Source: Candidatus Tayloriibacteriota bacterium (GTDB taxonomy: Bacteria; Patescibacteriota; Minisyncoccia; Phycocordibacterales; PALSA-1337). From it: a stretch of DNA of 64,000 bases. The stretch spans positions 2,942-66,941 of the forward strand of contig CALRBR010000001.1 of the NCBI GenBank assembly GCA_943354385.1. Reading direction: 5' to 3'. Of this stretch, positions 46,221-54,535 are shown in pieces. Every line of letters begins with the position of its first letter. Within the stretch, counting starts at the first letter, position 1. The translations under genes and the position numbers were made by a program. Below the pieces are notes generated by a model, which did not search any database, was not told the origin of the DNA, and worked only from the letters and a program-made list of their open reading frames with translations.

Positions 46221-47503
46221 GTAATTTTCAAACAATTCTTCTCGGTATCTTTATCTTTTTTATTGTTATTGGTGTGGCTATATTTGCTACTTTAAAAGGC
46301 TCGTCAAATAAGGAGTCGATCGGTATCGTGATGTGGGGCACGGTCCCATCAGACACTTTTGGGCCATTTGTAAATAAAATAAACGAAGGTTTGGAAAAAC
46401 AACTTAAAATTACATACATTGAAAAAAGACCCGACACTTTTGATCAGGAGTATATCGAAACACTAGCAAAAGGTGGCGGACCAGACGCTATCCTGCTCTC
46501 GCAAGATTTAATTTTGCGACATCGGGACACGATTATTCCTGTTTCGTACGCCACATTCCCAGAGCGTGATTTTAGAGATACGTTTATTGCAGAAGGGGAG
46601 CTTTATCTTGCGCCACAGGGAATTATTGCTTTTCCATTTAGTATTGATCCTCTCGTGATGTATTGGAACAGAGATAGTTTTACTAATGCCGGTCTCGCTA
46701 CCTATCCTCGGACATGGTCTGATATAGCCGCCCTGACTGGTTTTTTGACCACACGAGACGCTGCTTCAAATGTTAGTACCAGCGCGGTCGCTCTCGGTGA
46801 GTTTAGAAATATAAATCATGCAAAGGAAATCCTTGCAGCTCTGATTATTCAAGCGGGTAATCCAATCACCAGCTATACCGCTGAGGGTGGGGTAGACAAT
46901 CTATTTGCAGACAGACTCAGTTTTGCTACTGCACCGACCGAGACCGCGCTATCTTTTTATACTAAATTTTCAAATCCTACAGATCAGCTATATTCATGGA
47001 ATCGCGCGCTACCTACTTCAAAAACCTATTTCTTGAGTGGCAACCTCGCAACCTATTTTGGTTTCGCTTCAGAACTTTCAGATATTCGTACCAAAAATCC
47101 AAATCTCAACTTTGATGTGGCTGTACTCCCACAGGCACTTTCAGGTAAAAATCGTGCGACATTTGGAAATATGTTAGGTTTGGCTATTTCAAAGAGCACA
47201 AAAAGTCCAGATAACACTCTCTCTGTGCTTGCAGGTCTTTTCAACAGAGAAGCGATCGCTATTTGGTCTGAGTCTACAAAGCTTCCTCCGGTACGACGTG
47301 ATCTGCTACTCACTCGTCCACAGGATCCATATCTTTCTATTTTTTATGATTCAGCTCTTATTTCAAAAGCATGGCTCGATCCTCGACCAGAATCGACGGA
47401 CACTATTTTCAGGGATATGATCGAGTCGGTCACTAGTGGCAAAAGTCGAGCAGGAGAAGCTGTCAGCACGGCGGGTATACAGATAGATAATTTGTTACAA
47501 TAA
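46217..47503 (+). CDS. extracellular solute-binding-protein-like (SBP family 1-like), membrane anchored
   Basis: N-terminal TM or signal anchor. GGGPDAILLSQD, PLVMYWNRDSF and TWSDIAAL resemble the SBP_bac_1 hallmarks. It overlaps the MTase stop by 4 nt. Confidence 0.5.
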   Translation: MSNFQTILLGIFIFFIVIGVAIFATLKGSSNKESIGIVMWGTVPSDTFGPFVNKINEGLEKQLKITYIEKRPDTFDQEYIETLAKGGGPDAILLSQDLILRHRDTIIPVSYATFPERDFRDTFIAEGELYLAPQGIIAFPFSIDPLVMYWNRDSFTNAGLATYPRTWSDIAALTGFLTTRDAASNVSTSAVALGEFRNINHAKEILAALIIQAGNPITSYTAEGGVDNLFADRLSFATAPTETALSFYTKFSNPTDQLYSWNRALPTSKTYFLSGNLATYFGFASELSDIRTKNPNLNFDVAVLPQALSGKNRATFGNMLGLAISKSTKSPDNTLSVLAGLFNREAIAIWSESTKLPPVRRDLLLTRPQDPYLSIFYDSALISKAWLDPRPESTDTIFRDMIESVTSGKSRAGEAVSTAGIQIDNLLQ

Positions 47504-47507
47504 AACT

Positions 47508-48002
47508 ATGAATATATTTGTTCTCACAAATACGCAAAAAACTTTTTTTAAGACTGGTGTGGTTTTTTGTTTAGCCCTTGTTCTTTTGGCAGTGCCTGTG
47601 TTGGCACTTGCTCAAGGTCCTTTACCTGGAGATCCAGACTTTGTGGGTCCAGTACAGCGTGGGGGACTCGTACCATGTGACGGGCCTTCTTTAGATAAGC
47701 CCGGATTGGTGTCACCACCCGGCTATGTTCCATGTGATTTTAAAGCTCTACTCAATGGTATCAACGGCATTATCAACTGGCTCTTTATTATTGCAATACC
47801 TGTCTCACTTGTCGCTTTTACTTATGCTGGTATTCTTTTTATGTCAGGCAAGGAGGGCAATATCACCGAGGGAAAAGAGATTTTCCTAAAGGTGGTGCAA
47901 GGAATAGCGATCATGGCGGTCGGGTGGCTTTTGGTTCACACGATTATCAGAGCCCTTCTCAATCCCAAGGCGGATCTGGGAGCGTATTTATTTGGGTTAT
48001 AG
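47508..48002 (+). CDS. small secreted 2-TM protein, paralog 1 (VirB2/TrbC-like architecture)
   Basis: Signal peptide (VLALAQG), Pro-rich linker, then two hydrophobic helices (WLFIIAIPVSLVAFTYAGILFM / GIAIMAVGWLLVHTII). Confidence 0.55.
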   Translation: MNIFVLTNTQKTFFKTGVVFCLALVLLAVPVLALAQGPLPGDPDFVGPVQRGGLVPCDGPSLDKPGLVSPPGYVPCDFKALLNGINGIINWLFIIAIPVSLVAFTYAGILFMSGKEGNITEGKEIFLKVVQGIAIMAVGWLLVHTIIRALLNPKADLGAYLFGL

Positions 48003-48048
48003 TGGGAAAAGGAGGAATAAGACCAAAAAGATTAAGCTTTAAATAACA

Positions 48049-48414
48049 ATGAAAATCACACAAAAATATAAGAGCATGTTATTGGCGACGGCAGTGATGG
48101 CAATGTTGGTTTCGGTGAGTATCGTCTCGGCTCAAAGCACAGGCTCGTTTACGCTACCCAATCCAATCAAAGCCAACAATATCCAAGATCTCGTTTTTCA
48201 GATTACCGATATTGTTTTGATCATCGCGATACCTATATCAGTTCTTCTACTCATTTATTCGGGTTTCCTTTTTGTAAAGGCACGGGGCAATGAGACTGAG
48301 GTCACTGAGGCAAAAAAAACATTTTACTACACCATCATCGGTATTGCGGTGCTTTTTGGTGCCCGTTTCTTGTCAGAAATAGTCCGTGGTACAATTGAGC
48401 AATTAAAGGGTTAA
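48049..48414 (+). CDS. small secreted 2-TM protein, paralog 2
   Basis: Signal peptide (VSIVSAQS). DIVLIIAIPISVLLLIYSGFLFV / YTIIGIAVLFGARFL. Confidence 0.55.
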   Translation: MKITQKYKSMLLATAVMAMLVSVSIVSAQSTGSFTLPNPIKANNIQDLVFQITDIVLIIAIPISVLLLIYSGFLFVKARGNETEVTEAKKTFYYTIIGIAVLFGARFLSEIVRGTIEQLKG

Positions 48415-48429
48415 TTATTATTAAGAAAT

Positions 48430-49029
48430 ATGAAAAAAAATACTTCATTTTTAGGGAAGGTAGCTATGCTAGGGGGAGCGCTCATGCCAGCGCTAGTTTT
48501 TGCTCAGGGCAAGATTACGACTTTTGAGGGTTTGGTAAATAAATTTATTTCGATTATCAAATATGTAGTACCACTTATTTTTGCTATTGCTCTCGTCGCC
48601 TTCCTTTGGGGGGTTTTCCAGTATTTCTTTTCTGGTGCAGAGAAAAAGGAGGAGGCCAAGGATTTTCTACTCTACGGTATTATCGGGCTGTTTATTATGG
48701 TTTCGGTGTGGGGACTAGTGCGAATATTGACCGGTACTTTTCTTTTAGAGAATGCTCAGCCGAATTTACCCGGCCTGGGTGCCGGTAGTAGTTCTTCTGG
48801 ATCTGGTAGCGGTGGATATTATCAGGGTTATCCAGGGGGTGAGAACTACCGACCTACTTCTGGAGCTGGTAGCGGGGCGTCTCCGTTTGATTCAAATGCG
48901 CCTATTAGTGGATCTGGATCAACAAGTGGCGGCAGTGGTGATGGTAGTGCTGACGGATCGGGAAGTGGGTCCAGAGATAACCCCGGAACAGCTGAATTGG
49001 ATAAGGCGGCAGGGGATTTTCCCAGATAG
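48430..49029 (+). CDS. small secreted 2-TM protein, paralog 3, with Gly/Ser-rich C-terminal tail
   Basis: Signal peptide (ALVFAQG). VVPLIFAIALVAFLWGVFQYFFSG / LYGIIGLFIMVSVWGLVRIL. The tail is GSGSGGYYQGYPGG...GSGSTSGGSGDGSADGSGSGS. Confidence 0.55.
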   Translation: MKKNTSFLGKVAMLGGALMPALVFAQGKITTFEGLVNKFISIIKYVVPLIFAIALVAFLWGVFQYFFSGAEKKEEAKDFLLYGIIGLFIMVSVWGLVRILTGTFLLENAQPNLPGLGAGSSSSGSGSGGYYQGYPGGENYRPTSGAGSGASPFDSNAPISGSGSTSGGSGDGSADGSGSGSRDNPGTAELDKAAGDFPR

Positions 49030-49134
49030 CTTATCCACAACAGTGTTTGTCGATAGGTCCCAGTATGCTACAATTAGTCCACAGACCTCGTGTCTCATTA
49101 ACAGATTTTATTATTAAGAAGTAATATATACAAT

Positions 49135-49494
49135 ATGAAAAAAGCGTTTATTGCACTTTCAGCGTTTGCACTTCCTGCCCTAGCTCTTGCTCAGGCAGTA
49201 CGAGATGCAAACACCCTTTTTAGTAAAGCGACCAACATTTTGAATGCAATCATCCCGATTGTTATTTCACTGGCGGTAGTAGTGTTTATTATAGGTATCT
49301 TCCGATACATCATTGCAGGAGATGAAGAGTCAAAAAAAGGAGCAAAAAGCTTGATTCTTTACGGTATTATCGGTATTTTTGTGATGATTTCTGTCTACGG
49401 GCTTGTGCGAGTATTGGTAAACACTTTTGGACTAGAGAAACAGCTCGATAACTCAGATATACCACAAGTGCTGCCATTCCGAGGAGGACTCTAA
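49135..49494 (+). CDS. small secreted 2-TM protein, paralog 4
   Basis: Signal peptide (ALALAQA). IIPIVISLAVVVFIIGIFRYIIAG / LYGIIGIFVMISVYGLVRVL. Confidence 0.55.
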   Translation: MKKAFIALSAFALPALALAQAVRDANTLFSKATNILNAIIPIVISLAVVVFIIGIFRYIIAGDEESKKGAKSLILYGIIGIFVMISVYGLVRVLVNTFGLEKQLDNSDIPQVLPFRGGL

Positions 49495-49498
49495 AGAT

Positions 49499-49777
49499 AT
49501 GTTTGAGTTAGTACCTATAACCAAAGCGAGTATGGTGTCTGACCTCATGGGTCGGGTCAATCAGTTTGTCTTGGGGCCGATTATGCAACTTCTGTTTGCC
49601 CTGGCTTTTATCTATTTTCTCTATGGTGTGCTAGTTTATTTTATAAACCCACTGGATACGGAGAAGCGAGCGGAGGGTAGACAGCATGTGATGTGGGGAT
49701 TGATCGGGCTATTTATAATGTTTTCGGTTTATGGGATTATACGCCTTGTGTTGGGGACATTTGGGATTTCTTATTAG
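49499..49777 (+). CDS. small 2-TM protein, paralog 5 (no signal peptide)
   Basis: LLFALAFIYFLYGVLVYF / MWGLIGLFIMFSVYGIIRLVL shares the family core YG(I/L)IG(L/I)F(I/V)M.SVYG(L/I)(V/I)R. Confidence 0.5.
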   Translation: MFELVPITKASMVSDLMGRVNQFVLGPIMQLLFALAFIYFLYGVLVYFINPLDTEKRAEGRQHVMWGLIGLFIMFSVYGIIRLVLGTFGISY

Positions 49778-49805
49778 AGAAAAGACTAGCAGGAGAAATA
49801 CAAAA

Positions 49806-49834
49806 CCCCCGCGACGTAGTCGCGGGGGTTTTGT
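49806..49834 (+). terminator. rho-independent terminator after the 2-TM array
   Basis: cccccgcgacg-ta-gtcgcggggg followed by TTTTGT. Confidence 0.7.
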
Positions 49835-49927
49835 ATTATGTGTTTATATATATCTAGCAAAAAATAAAAAACCAGGGTCTGAACAAATTCAGATGCACCT
49901 GGCTCGCGTTGTTTGGGGGACTCACAG

Positions 49928-50530
49928 TCAGAGGCCGGTAAAGACGACCCGGACTTCTTCCCGCTCGGTGCCGGAAGTGAATCGGAGTGCCCGCAGGACC
50001 TTGGGGTGTGACTCTCCCCGGTTATGGGTGTGCCACACAAGGTCGAAGTCCTGCCACTCGTTCAGCACCGTCCGCTGGGTTTCCCATCGAGCACTTGCTC
50101 CGAGGGGGACTACGACCTCGACGCTACTGTTTGGCGCCAGTTTCAGTGTTTCCCGAGAGGTCGACTTGACCTCGTGGGCGTTGGGATTGATGATCACATT
50201 CCGGCTAATGGCGTTACCATTGCCTGCTGTGAAAACGTCTCCTTCCGTGAAGTGCACCGTGGGCGTGGGTGGGACCTCGGCCTTGGCTGGCGCCGGAGGG
50301 TTTGTGGCCAACTGCTGAGTCGGTGCCGGTGACTGAGCCTGGGCACTCGCTCCCCACGAGGGGAGGGGCCCTTCATAAGACGACACCCTCCAGAGGAACA
50401 TCCACCAGAGGCATCCTGCCAGGACAATGCCCAGGAGTATTGCAACTCCTTGTGCGTTGTTGTGTTGCACCGCGGGCACTGCGATGACCGCCGGCTTTCC
50501 ACCGCAGATCCAAATCCAGATTTTTTTCAT
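49928..50530 (-). CDS. hypothetical membrane-anchored or secreted protein (GC-rich island)
   Basis: Start at MKKIWIWI. TM helix GVAILLGIVLAGCLWWMFLW, Pro/Ala-rich linker, then an unknown ~110-aa C-terminal domain. Confidence 0.45.
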   Translation of the reverse strand: MKKIWIWICGGKPAVIAVPAVQHNNAQGVAILLGIVLAGCLWWMFLWRVSSYEGPLPSWGASAQAQSPAPTQQLATNPPAPAKAEVPPTPTVHFTEGDVFTAGNGNAISRNVIINPNAHEVKSTSRETLKLAPNSSVEVVVPLGASARWETQRTVLNEWQDFDLVWHTHNRGESHPKVLRALRFTSGTEREEVRVVFTGL

Positions 50531-50640
50531 AGGCTTTTTTTTGAGTTTGATTTCCTCCGACACTGCCACGATGGACAGCCCTAATTCTGCGTGTGTATTG
50601 CCCACAGATATAGGAGAGGGGACGCTTCGTTGAGAGCGTA

Positions 50641-50672
50641 TCATTCCCCCTTTTCTAAAGGGAGAATGACTC
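50641..50672. repeat. single hairpin module (ATTCCCCCTTTTCTAAAGGGAGAATG) of the modular repeat family
   Basis: cattcccccttttctaaagggagaatgactcg. Confidence 0.6.
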
Positions 50673-50978
50673 GTCTGAAGTGCCTCTTCTTCTATATCTG
50701 TGACTTGTGTGCCAAAGAACTGTAATTTACCTCTACCTTCAATTATAGCATACTATGTATACATTTGTCAAGTGTTTATGTATAATATGGCTCAAATAAG
50801 CCAAAAAGCTTTGTTTTTAGGGGGGGGTAGAACTACTCTAAGAGAAAATAAGCAAAGCTTTTTTCAACTTCGACTCGAACGCTGTAAACGAGAGTACTCG
50901 CTTACGCGCTTCTCGCTTGTTGAAATAAAAAAGCCAACACTCGGGGCGTTGACCTGGGGGAAAGAAGAGTGGATCGGT

Positions 50979-51386
50979 CTAGGCCTGGGCCATGGCTGGC
51001 GTCGACCCTATGAGGCGGTCAGGAATTAGTATTGCAAAAGATTCGATGAGTTCGGCAAATGCGACCGGCTTCGTGAGGAGGAGATCCGCCTCATGTCCTT
51101 CGGCGTTATTTGGTCGACCAGTCCACATCATGACTGGCGTGTTCGGTGCGATGACCTTGATACGAGCCGCAAGCTCAATGCCATCCATTACCGGCATTTC
51201 CATGTCAGTTAAAACGGCATGGAATGGCTCACGTTGTTCAAGGATCGCCACTTTGGCCAACTGACCATTTTCTGCACAGACAACTGTGGCGCCACACATC
51301 TCCAGCATTCTTCTGGCGTTGACCCTGAGCGCATCATCGTCGTCAACGATGAGCAACCTTGTTCCTTCTACGAATCTTCTGGGCAT
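50979..51386 (-). CDS. single-domain response regulator receiver (CheY-like)
   Basis: LLIVDDDDALRVNARRMLEMCG...VLTDMEMPVMDGIELAARIK...TKP carries the phospho-acceptor Asp, the acidic pocket and the conserved Thr/Lys. Confidence 0.75.
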   Translation of the reverse strand: MPRRFVEGTRLLIVDDDDALRVNARRMLEMCGATVVCAENGQLAKVAILEQREPFHAVLTDMEMPVMDGIELAARIKVIAPNTPVMMWTGRPNNAEGHEADLLLTKPVAFAELIESFAILIPDRLIGSTPAMAQA

Positions 51387-51486
51387 AGTTTTGATTGAGT
51401 CGATTGTTTACCAATTTTGTAGACCGGCCATTTGTCAGTAAATCATGGATAAGGTATAAAGTCAAGTTTCGAAGAGCGAAATAAAA

Positions 51487-51527
51487 GTGGTGAGATGGAT
51501 ATGCTCTACCAGCTGAGCTATGGGCGC
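51487..51527 (-). pseudogene. tRNA 5' fragment (acceptor plus D-arm only)
   Basis: The reverse complement is GCGCCCATAGCTCAGCTGGTAGAGCA followed by a non-tRNA sequence. No anticodon or T arm is present. Confidence 0.4.
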
Positions 51528-51751
51528 ATAAAATAAGCTAGAGAATATAGCAGGTTTTACAAGAATTGGCAATCTAGCTGGGTGTAACTTTTCGGTTCTT
51601 GGAGGCGGGAAGTTCGAAACTTACAGTTTCAGTACCCCGATTGGATTTTTTCTTCATGTTTCGCAATTGAAAAAACGCTCAATCGGGCTTCGATTCCCAC
51701 CGAAAGCGTCCCCACGCTTTCTCCCGAGTACAATATCACTGCGTTCGTCTG

Positions 51752-51835
51752 TGCTCGGGGTGGGAATCGAACCCACACGGCCTTGCGGCCAACAGATTTT
51801 AAGTCTGGCGCGTATACCAATTCCGCCACCCGAGC
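51752..51835 (-). tRNA. tRNA-Leu(TAA), type II
   Basis: The reverse complement is GCTCGGGTGGCGGAATTGGTATACGCGCCAGACTTAAAATCTGTTGGCCGCAAGGCCGTGTGGGTTCGATTCCCACCCCGAGCA. The anticodon loop is CTTAAAA. Confidence 0.85.
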
Positions 51836-51859
51836 GTATGAATTTTGAAATTTAAAAAA

Positions 51860-52024
51860 GAGGCTTAAGGCGGGTATCTCACTCGGAGCAAAGCTCCTCT
51901 TTAGAAACCCACGGTTTCTAACACTCGAGTACTCGTTGTTTTCCTCCACGGGGAACTCCCGTTCCCCGACCCCCTCCCACGGTTCGAGACCGGCCTAGGG
52001 GCGGTAAACCGAACGGTTTACTTG
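51860..52024 (-). repeat. tRNA-trailer composite element D (3' of tRNA-Cys on the - strand); its core hairpin carries a compensatory change
   Basis: On the - strand: GGGGGTCGGGGAACgggaGTTCCCCGTGGAGGAAAACAACGAGTACTCGAGTGTTAGAAACCGTGGGTTTCTAAAG. A terminator-like hairpin gtaaaccgttcggtttac lies right after the tRNA-Cys. Confidence 0.7.
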
Positions 52025-52098
52025 AGGCGTAGGCCGGGATCGAACCGGCGCATAACAGTTTTGCAGACTGTCGCGTTAACCAGCTTCGCCACTACGCC
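52025..52098 (-). tRNA. tRNA-Cys(GCA)
   Basis: The reverse complement is GGCGTAGTGGCGAAGCTGGTTAACGCGACAGTCTGCAAAACTGTTATGCGCCGGTTCGATCCCGGCCTACGCCT. The anticodon loop is CTGCAAA. Confidence 0.85.
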
Positions 52099-52119
52099 GT
52101 GGTTGCACAGAGTATAGCA

Positions 52120-52446
52120 CTACTGAACACTATTTGAAATACGGTCAATCTTCTGACGGTTTTTCTCGCCAATATCAATAACAAAGTCGAAAAAGGGAAT
52201 ACGCATGAGGCGCGAGTTATCCTTTACATACTGACGAAACTCGCTTCTCTTGCGTCTAACAAAATCGAGTACACCCTCTTCCTTATTTTCAGGAAAGACC
52301 GAAAAAAGAATCTTGGCAGACTTACCATCATCAGAGATAATTACATCGGTGACAGTGATGAGTGAGGTGCGGTTGGACTCTATCTGCAAGAACTTTGCAG
52401 CAAGTATTTTGATAATATCTTTTATTTTTTCAGTTCGTACTTCCAT
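52120..52446 (-). CDS. rbfA: ribosome-binding factor A
   Basis: 108 aa. ITVTDVIISDDGKSAKILFSV and RIPFFDFVID fit RbfA. It lies immediately downstream of infB, as in the conserved operon. Confidence 0.75.
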   Translation of the reverse strand: MEVRTEKIKDIIKILAAKFLQIESNRTSLITVTDVIISDDGKSAKILFSVFPENKEEGVLDFVRRKRSEFRQYVKDNSRLMRIPFFDFVIDIGEKNRQKIDRISNSVQ

Positions 52447-52450
52447 AGTA

Positions 52451-53977
52451 TTATTTAGTTATTGTTCGGTAGGATTCTATTTTATCACCGACGGCTATTT
52501 CTATCTTTGACTCAATCATTGCACCAAACTCATAGCCTAATGCTACTTCCTCTGCACGTACTTTTTGTTGCTGTAATTCCTTAATCTTACCTCGGCCTAT
52601 CTCCGCGTCCCGTCGTAGAATGATCACGTCCCCACCGAGTGTAATACTACCTTCCTGGACTTTACCCCCGAGGATCTGACGGTCTTTGTTTTTGCTAAAG
52701 ACACGGAGGATTTTTGCTTTGCCAGTGACTTCTTCTATTTGGACTTTGGGAGTACGAGCAAGTATTACCCCCTCTAGATATTCTACAAGTTTGTAAATGA
52801 TTGTAAAAGATTCAACTTTAATCCCAAGTCTCTCCTGAGCGCTTTGAGCCTTTGGGTCAGTTTTTACGTTGAAGCCGAGAATAAGGGTCCCTGCGGTACT
52901 ACTTGCAGTTTTGATATCATTTTCCGAAACTTCGCCGATACCGGCGTGAACGATCTTTACGATTACTGGGCTATCTTTGATTTGTCTATCCGCAATCTTT
53001 TTAAATTCACTTTGAATTGCTTCGAGACTACCTCCTGCATCGGCTTTGATAACTAGAGGTATAAGGATTTTAGAATCATCGGTGGCAGAGATGTCCCTCG
53101 ATGTATTGACCTGACAGACACAGCCTTCATTATATTTCTCAGCTTCTTTTTTAGTAGCAAAAGCTCGAAATGGTGCACCTGCAGATGGCATGGTACTAAG
53201 GCCAATGACTTTTACTGGCATCGATATGGTTGCTTCAGATACTGTTTTACCCTGGGCGTTTTCGAGCATGCGGATAGGGGAGACAGCACAGTCGATGACC
53301 GTAAACATTTGAGTTTTTAGTGTTCCTTCTTTTACTATGAGCGTAGCAGAAACACCCTTTCGTTTGTCGAGTGTGGCTTCGAGTACTACTCCGTGTGTTT
53401 CGGCGCTTGCATCAGCGGTAAGTCCTTCGAGCTCGGCCATGAGTACGATCATATCGAGTAGGGCGGGAATACCTTCGCCAGTGATAGCGGATACTGGTAC
53501 TGCGGGAACGGTACCACCATATCCTTCGATATAGATTTCATTTTCAGCGAGCGCTTGTTTTGTGCGCTCAATATTTGCCCCAGGCTTGTCTATCTTTGTC
53601 ATTGCCACAATATATGGCGTGTTGCTTTCGGTGATACATTTTAGTGCTTCGAGAGTTTGCTTTTTGACACCATCTTCAGCGGAGACTACTAGAATAGCAA
53701 TATCTGCCACTTGGACTCCACGAGACCGTATACCACTAAAAGCTTCGTGACCTGGAGTGTCGAGAAAGGTGATGGTCTGGGCTTTGTCAGCTTCTCCAGG
53801 GTGCGCGACTTCATAAGCACCGAGATGTTGGGTGATCCCGCCCGCTTCCTTGTCCGTGATATTTATTTTTTTGATGTAGCCGAGAAGGGTAGATTTGCCA
53901 TGATCAATATGCCCCATGATAACTACCACAGGTGGTCGAGGAGAGAGCGTCGGCTTTTGTGCGGGAGTTTTTTTCAT
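52451..53977 (-). CDS. infB: translation initiation factor IF-2 (short form lacking N-terminal domains)
   Basis: PRPPVVVIMGHIDHGKSTLLGYI G-domain, DTPGHEAF, and the IF2 C-terminal beta-barrel domains. Confidence 0.9.
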   Translation of the reverse strand: MKKTPAQKPTLSPRPPVVVIMGHIDHGKSTLLGYIKKINITDKEAGGITQHLGAYEVAHPGEADKAQTITFLDTPGHEAFSGIRSRGVQVADIAILVVSAEDGVKKQTLEALKCITESNTPYIVAMTKIDKPGANIERTKQALAENEIYIEGYGGTVPAVPVSAITGEGIPALLDMIVLMAELEGLTADASAETHGVVLEATLDKRKGVSATLIVKEGTLKTQMFTVIDCAVSPIRMLENAQGKTVSEATISMPVKVIGLSTMPSAGAPFRAFATKKEAEKYNEGCVCQVNTSRDISATDDSKILIPLVIKADAGGSLEAIQSEFKKIADRQIKDSPVIVKIVHAGIGEVSENDIKTASSTAGTLILGFNVKTDPKAQSAQERLGIKVESFTIIYKLVEYLEGVILARTPKVQIEEVTGKAKILRVFSKNKDRQILGGKVQEGSITLGGDVIILRRDAEIGRGKIKELQQQKVRAEEVALGYEFGAMIESKIEIAVGDKIESYRTITK

Positions 53978-53994
53978 TGTGGTAGGCTTTTTTA

Positions 53995-54507
53995 TTATTC
54001 ATGACGAATCGACTTTTTTGCTGAAGCGATAGCCTCTTTTTCTTCCTTGGTGAGCTCGTATTCAGATGCGTGTTTTTTTAATGGTTTAGCAAAGATACTG
54101 CTGTGTTCGCGAGTATAAATCGTAGAGAGTACCGCACCGTCACCCTTTTCATCGATAAGAGCAGTAGCAAAGCTTTGATTGCCTCCTGATCCGGTACCTT
54201 TGAATGGGTTGAAACGGATGGTCTGTACACTTTGAATACTTCTACTGAGTCGTTTTTCTACATCTATTAGGTATGTTTCAAGTGATTTACGAAAATCAGC
54301 AACGTCTTTGAGCTCGCCTCTAAAGTGTTTGAGGGAGTCTTCGAGGTTCTTAGCTCCCCCGCCAGCGAGGAGTCGATGAATACGTATTTCCAAACAAATA
54401 ACCCAAATAAGGAGAAGGAAAGCGAGTATCCCAAGTCCTATTTCCACAATCTGTGTAGTATCAAAAATCATACTAAATGAGTGTACCATGTTTTTAGGAT
54501 TTTGCAA
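53995..54507 (-). CDS. hypothetical membrane-anchored protein (possibly DUF4446-like)
   Basis: N-terminal TM helix. RFNPFKGTGSGGNQSFATALIDEKGDGAVLSTIY. The family assignment is from memory only. Confidence 0.35.
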   Translation of the reverse strand: MQNPKNMVHSFSMIFDTTQIVEIGLGILAFLLLIWVICLEIRIHRLLAGGGAKNLEDSLKHFRGELKDVADFRKSLETYLIDVEKRLSRSIQSVQTIRFNPFKGTGSGGNQSFATALIDEKGDGAVLSTIYTREHSSIFAKPLKKHASEYELTKEEKEAIASAKKSIRHE

Positions 54508-54535
54508 AAAGTGTGATTATGACTATAATGGCGGG

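Larger units (their letters stand above)
49880..51390. other. GC-rich island 1 (~56-58% GC vs ~42% background), putative horizontally acquired segment
   Basis: There is an abrupt composition shift, read directly. It contains two reverse-strand genes. It is flanked on the right by a tRNA 5' fragment (51487-51527) and a tRNA-Leu/tRNA-Cys cluster. Confidence 0.6.

Noticed and set aside
51629-51949. 106-aa reverse-strand ORF, plus ORFs 5333-5749, 8571-8918 and 8289-8537
   Set aside because: They lie entirely over tRNA genes and repeat or trailer elements, so they are non-coding.
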